From Octopus sinensis (Eukaryota): a DNA stretch of 31,747 nt. The stretch is taken from assembly GCF_006345805.1 (NCBI RefSeq), contig NW_021829648.1:1-31747 (forward strand), given 5' to 3'. The notes beneath the pieces are model-generated. The model was not told the DNA's origin. It worked only from the letters and a program-made list of their open reading frames with translations, and ran no database searches. Shown here piece by piece: positions 31,387-31,747 of this stretch (positions are counted from its first letter, which is position 1; every line of letters starts with the position of its first letter). The position numbers and the translations under genes are program-made.

Positions 31387-31747
31387 GTTTCAATCATTTG
31401 ACTGAAGCAATGCTGGGGCATCGCTCTCAAGGGCTTTAGTCAATTATATCGACTTTTTCTGGTACTTATTCTACTAATCTCGTAAATACCGAAAGACAAA
31501 GTAAGTTGAGCGTAAGGTGACATAAACCAACACACAAAGTATTTTCGTCTTCGCACCAATTTTTCCATAGTTCACTGATAAATGGCTGCATGTGTATGTG
31601 TGTATATATGTATCCGATACAGTTTTCTTCAACGACATTTCACTCCCAGACATTGGTGATCGGCTCGAAGTTGGAGTAGAGGATATTTGCCCAACTTGCT
31701 ACGCAACTAAGGATCAAACTTAAACCCCACTTGACTGTGAAGCGCAA
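31387..31747 (-). mobile_element. SINE family A, old degraded copy (3' half, TG spacer, head); runs off the window end
   Basis: tttcaatcatttgactg..gcaatgctggggcat...ctggtacttattcta; then gtagaggatatttgcccaa. Confidence 0.6.

Overview
AT-rich, repeat-saturated, non-genic-looking eukaryotic DNA. The repeat repertoire (tRNA-headed SINEs with CORE-like domains, very dense TA/CA/TATG/GATA microsatellites) points to an octopus genome; this is inferred from recognition, not a database search. No intact protein-coding gene is evident, and almost all ORFs in the supplied track are microsatellite translations. Recognisable content: (1) a 5'-truncated Helitron on the minus strand (3549-~5790) with an intact hairpin+CTAG 3' end and a frameshifted PIF1-like helicase; (2) more than 25 copies or fragments of three tRNA-derived SINE families, labelled A, B and C here, several arranged as adjacent inverted pairs; (3) non-autonomous DNA transposons: two mariner derivatives that keep the transposase C-terminus, a hAT MITE with 8-bp TSD and a nested SINE, a piggyBac-like MITE with TTAA TSD, and a triplicated piggyBac-like end; (4) Penelope-like retroelement debris not shown in the ORF track: a Cys-rich GIY-YIG endonuclease fragment and terminal-repeat pieces with hammerhead-ribozyme-like cores, all embedded in (TA)n; (5) degenerate L1/Tx1-like LINE ORF2 fragments; (6) a 160-bp near-perfect foldback; (7) an unclassified (TA)n-adjacent repeat carrying a 36-codon frame with a synonymous-biased divergence pattern; (8) one strong orphan exon candidate (1508-1562).
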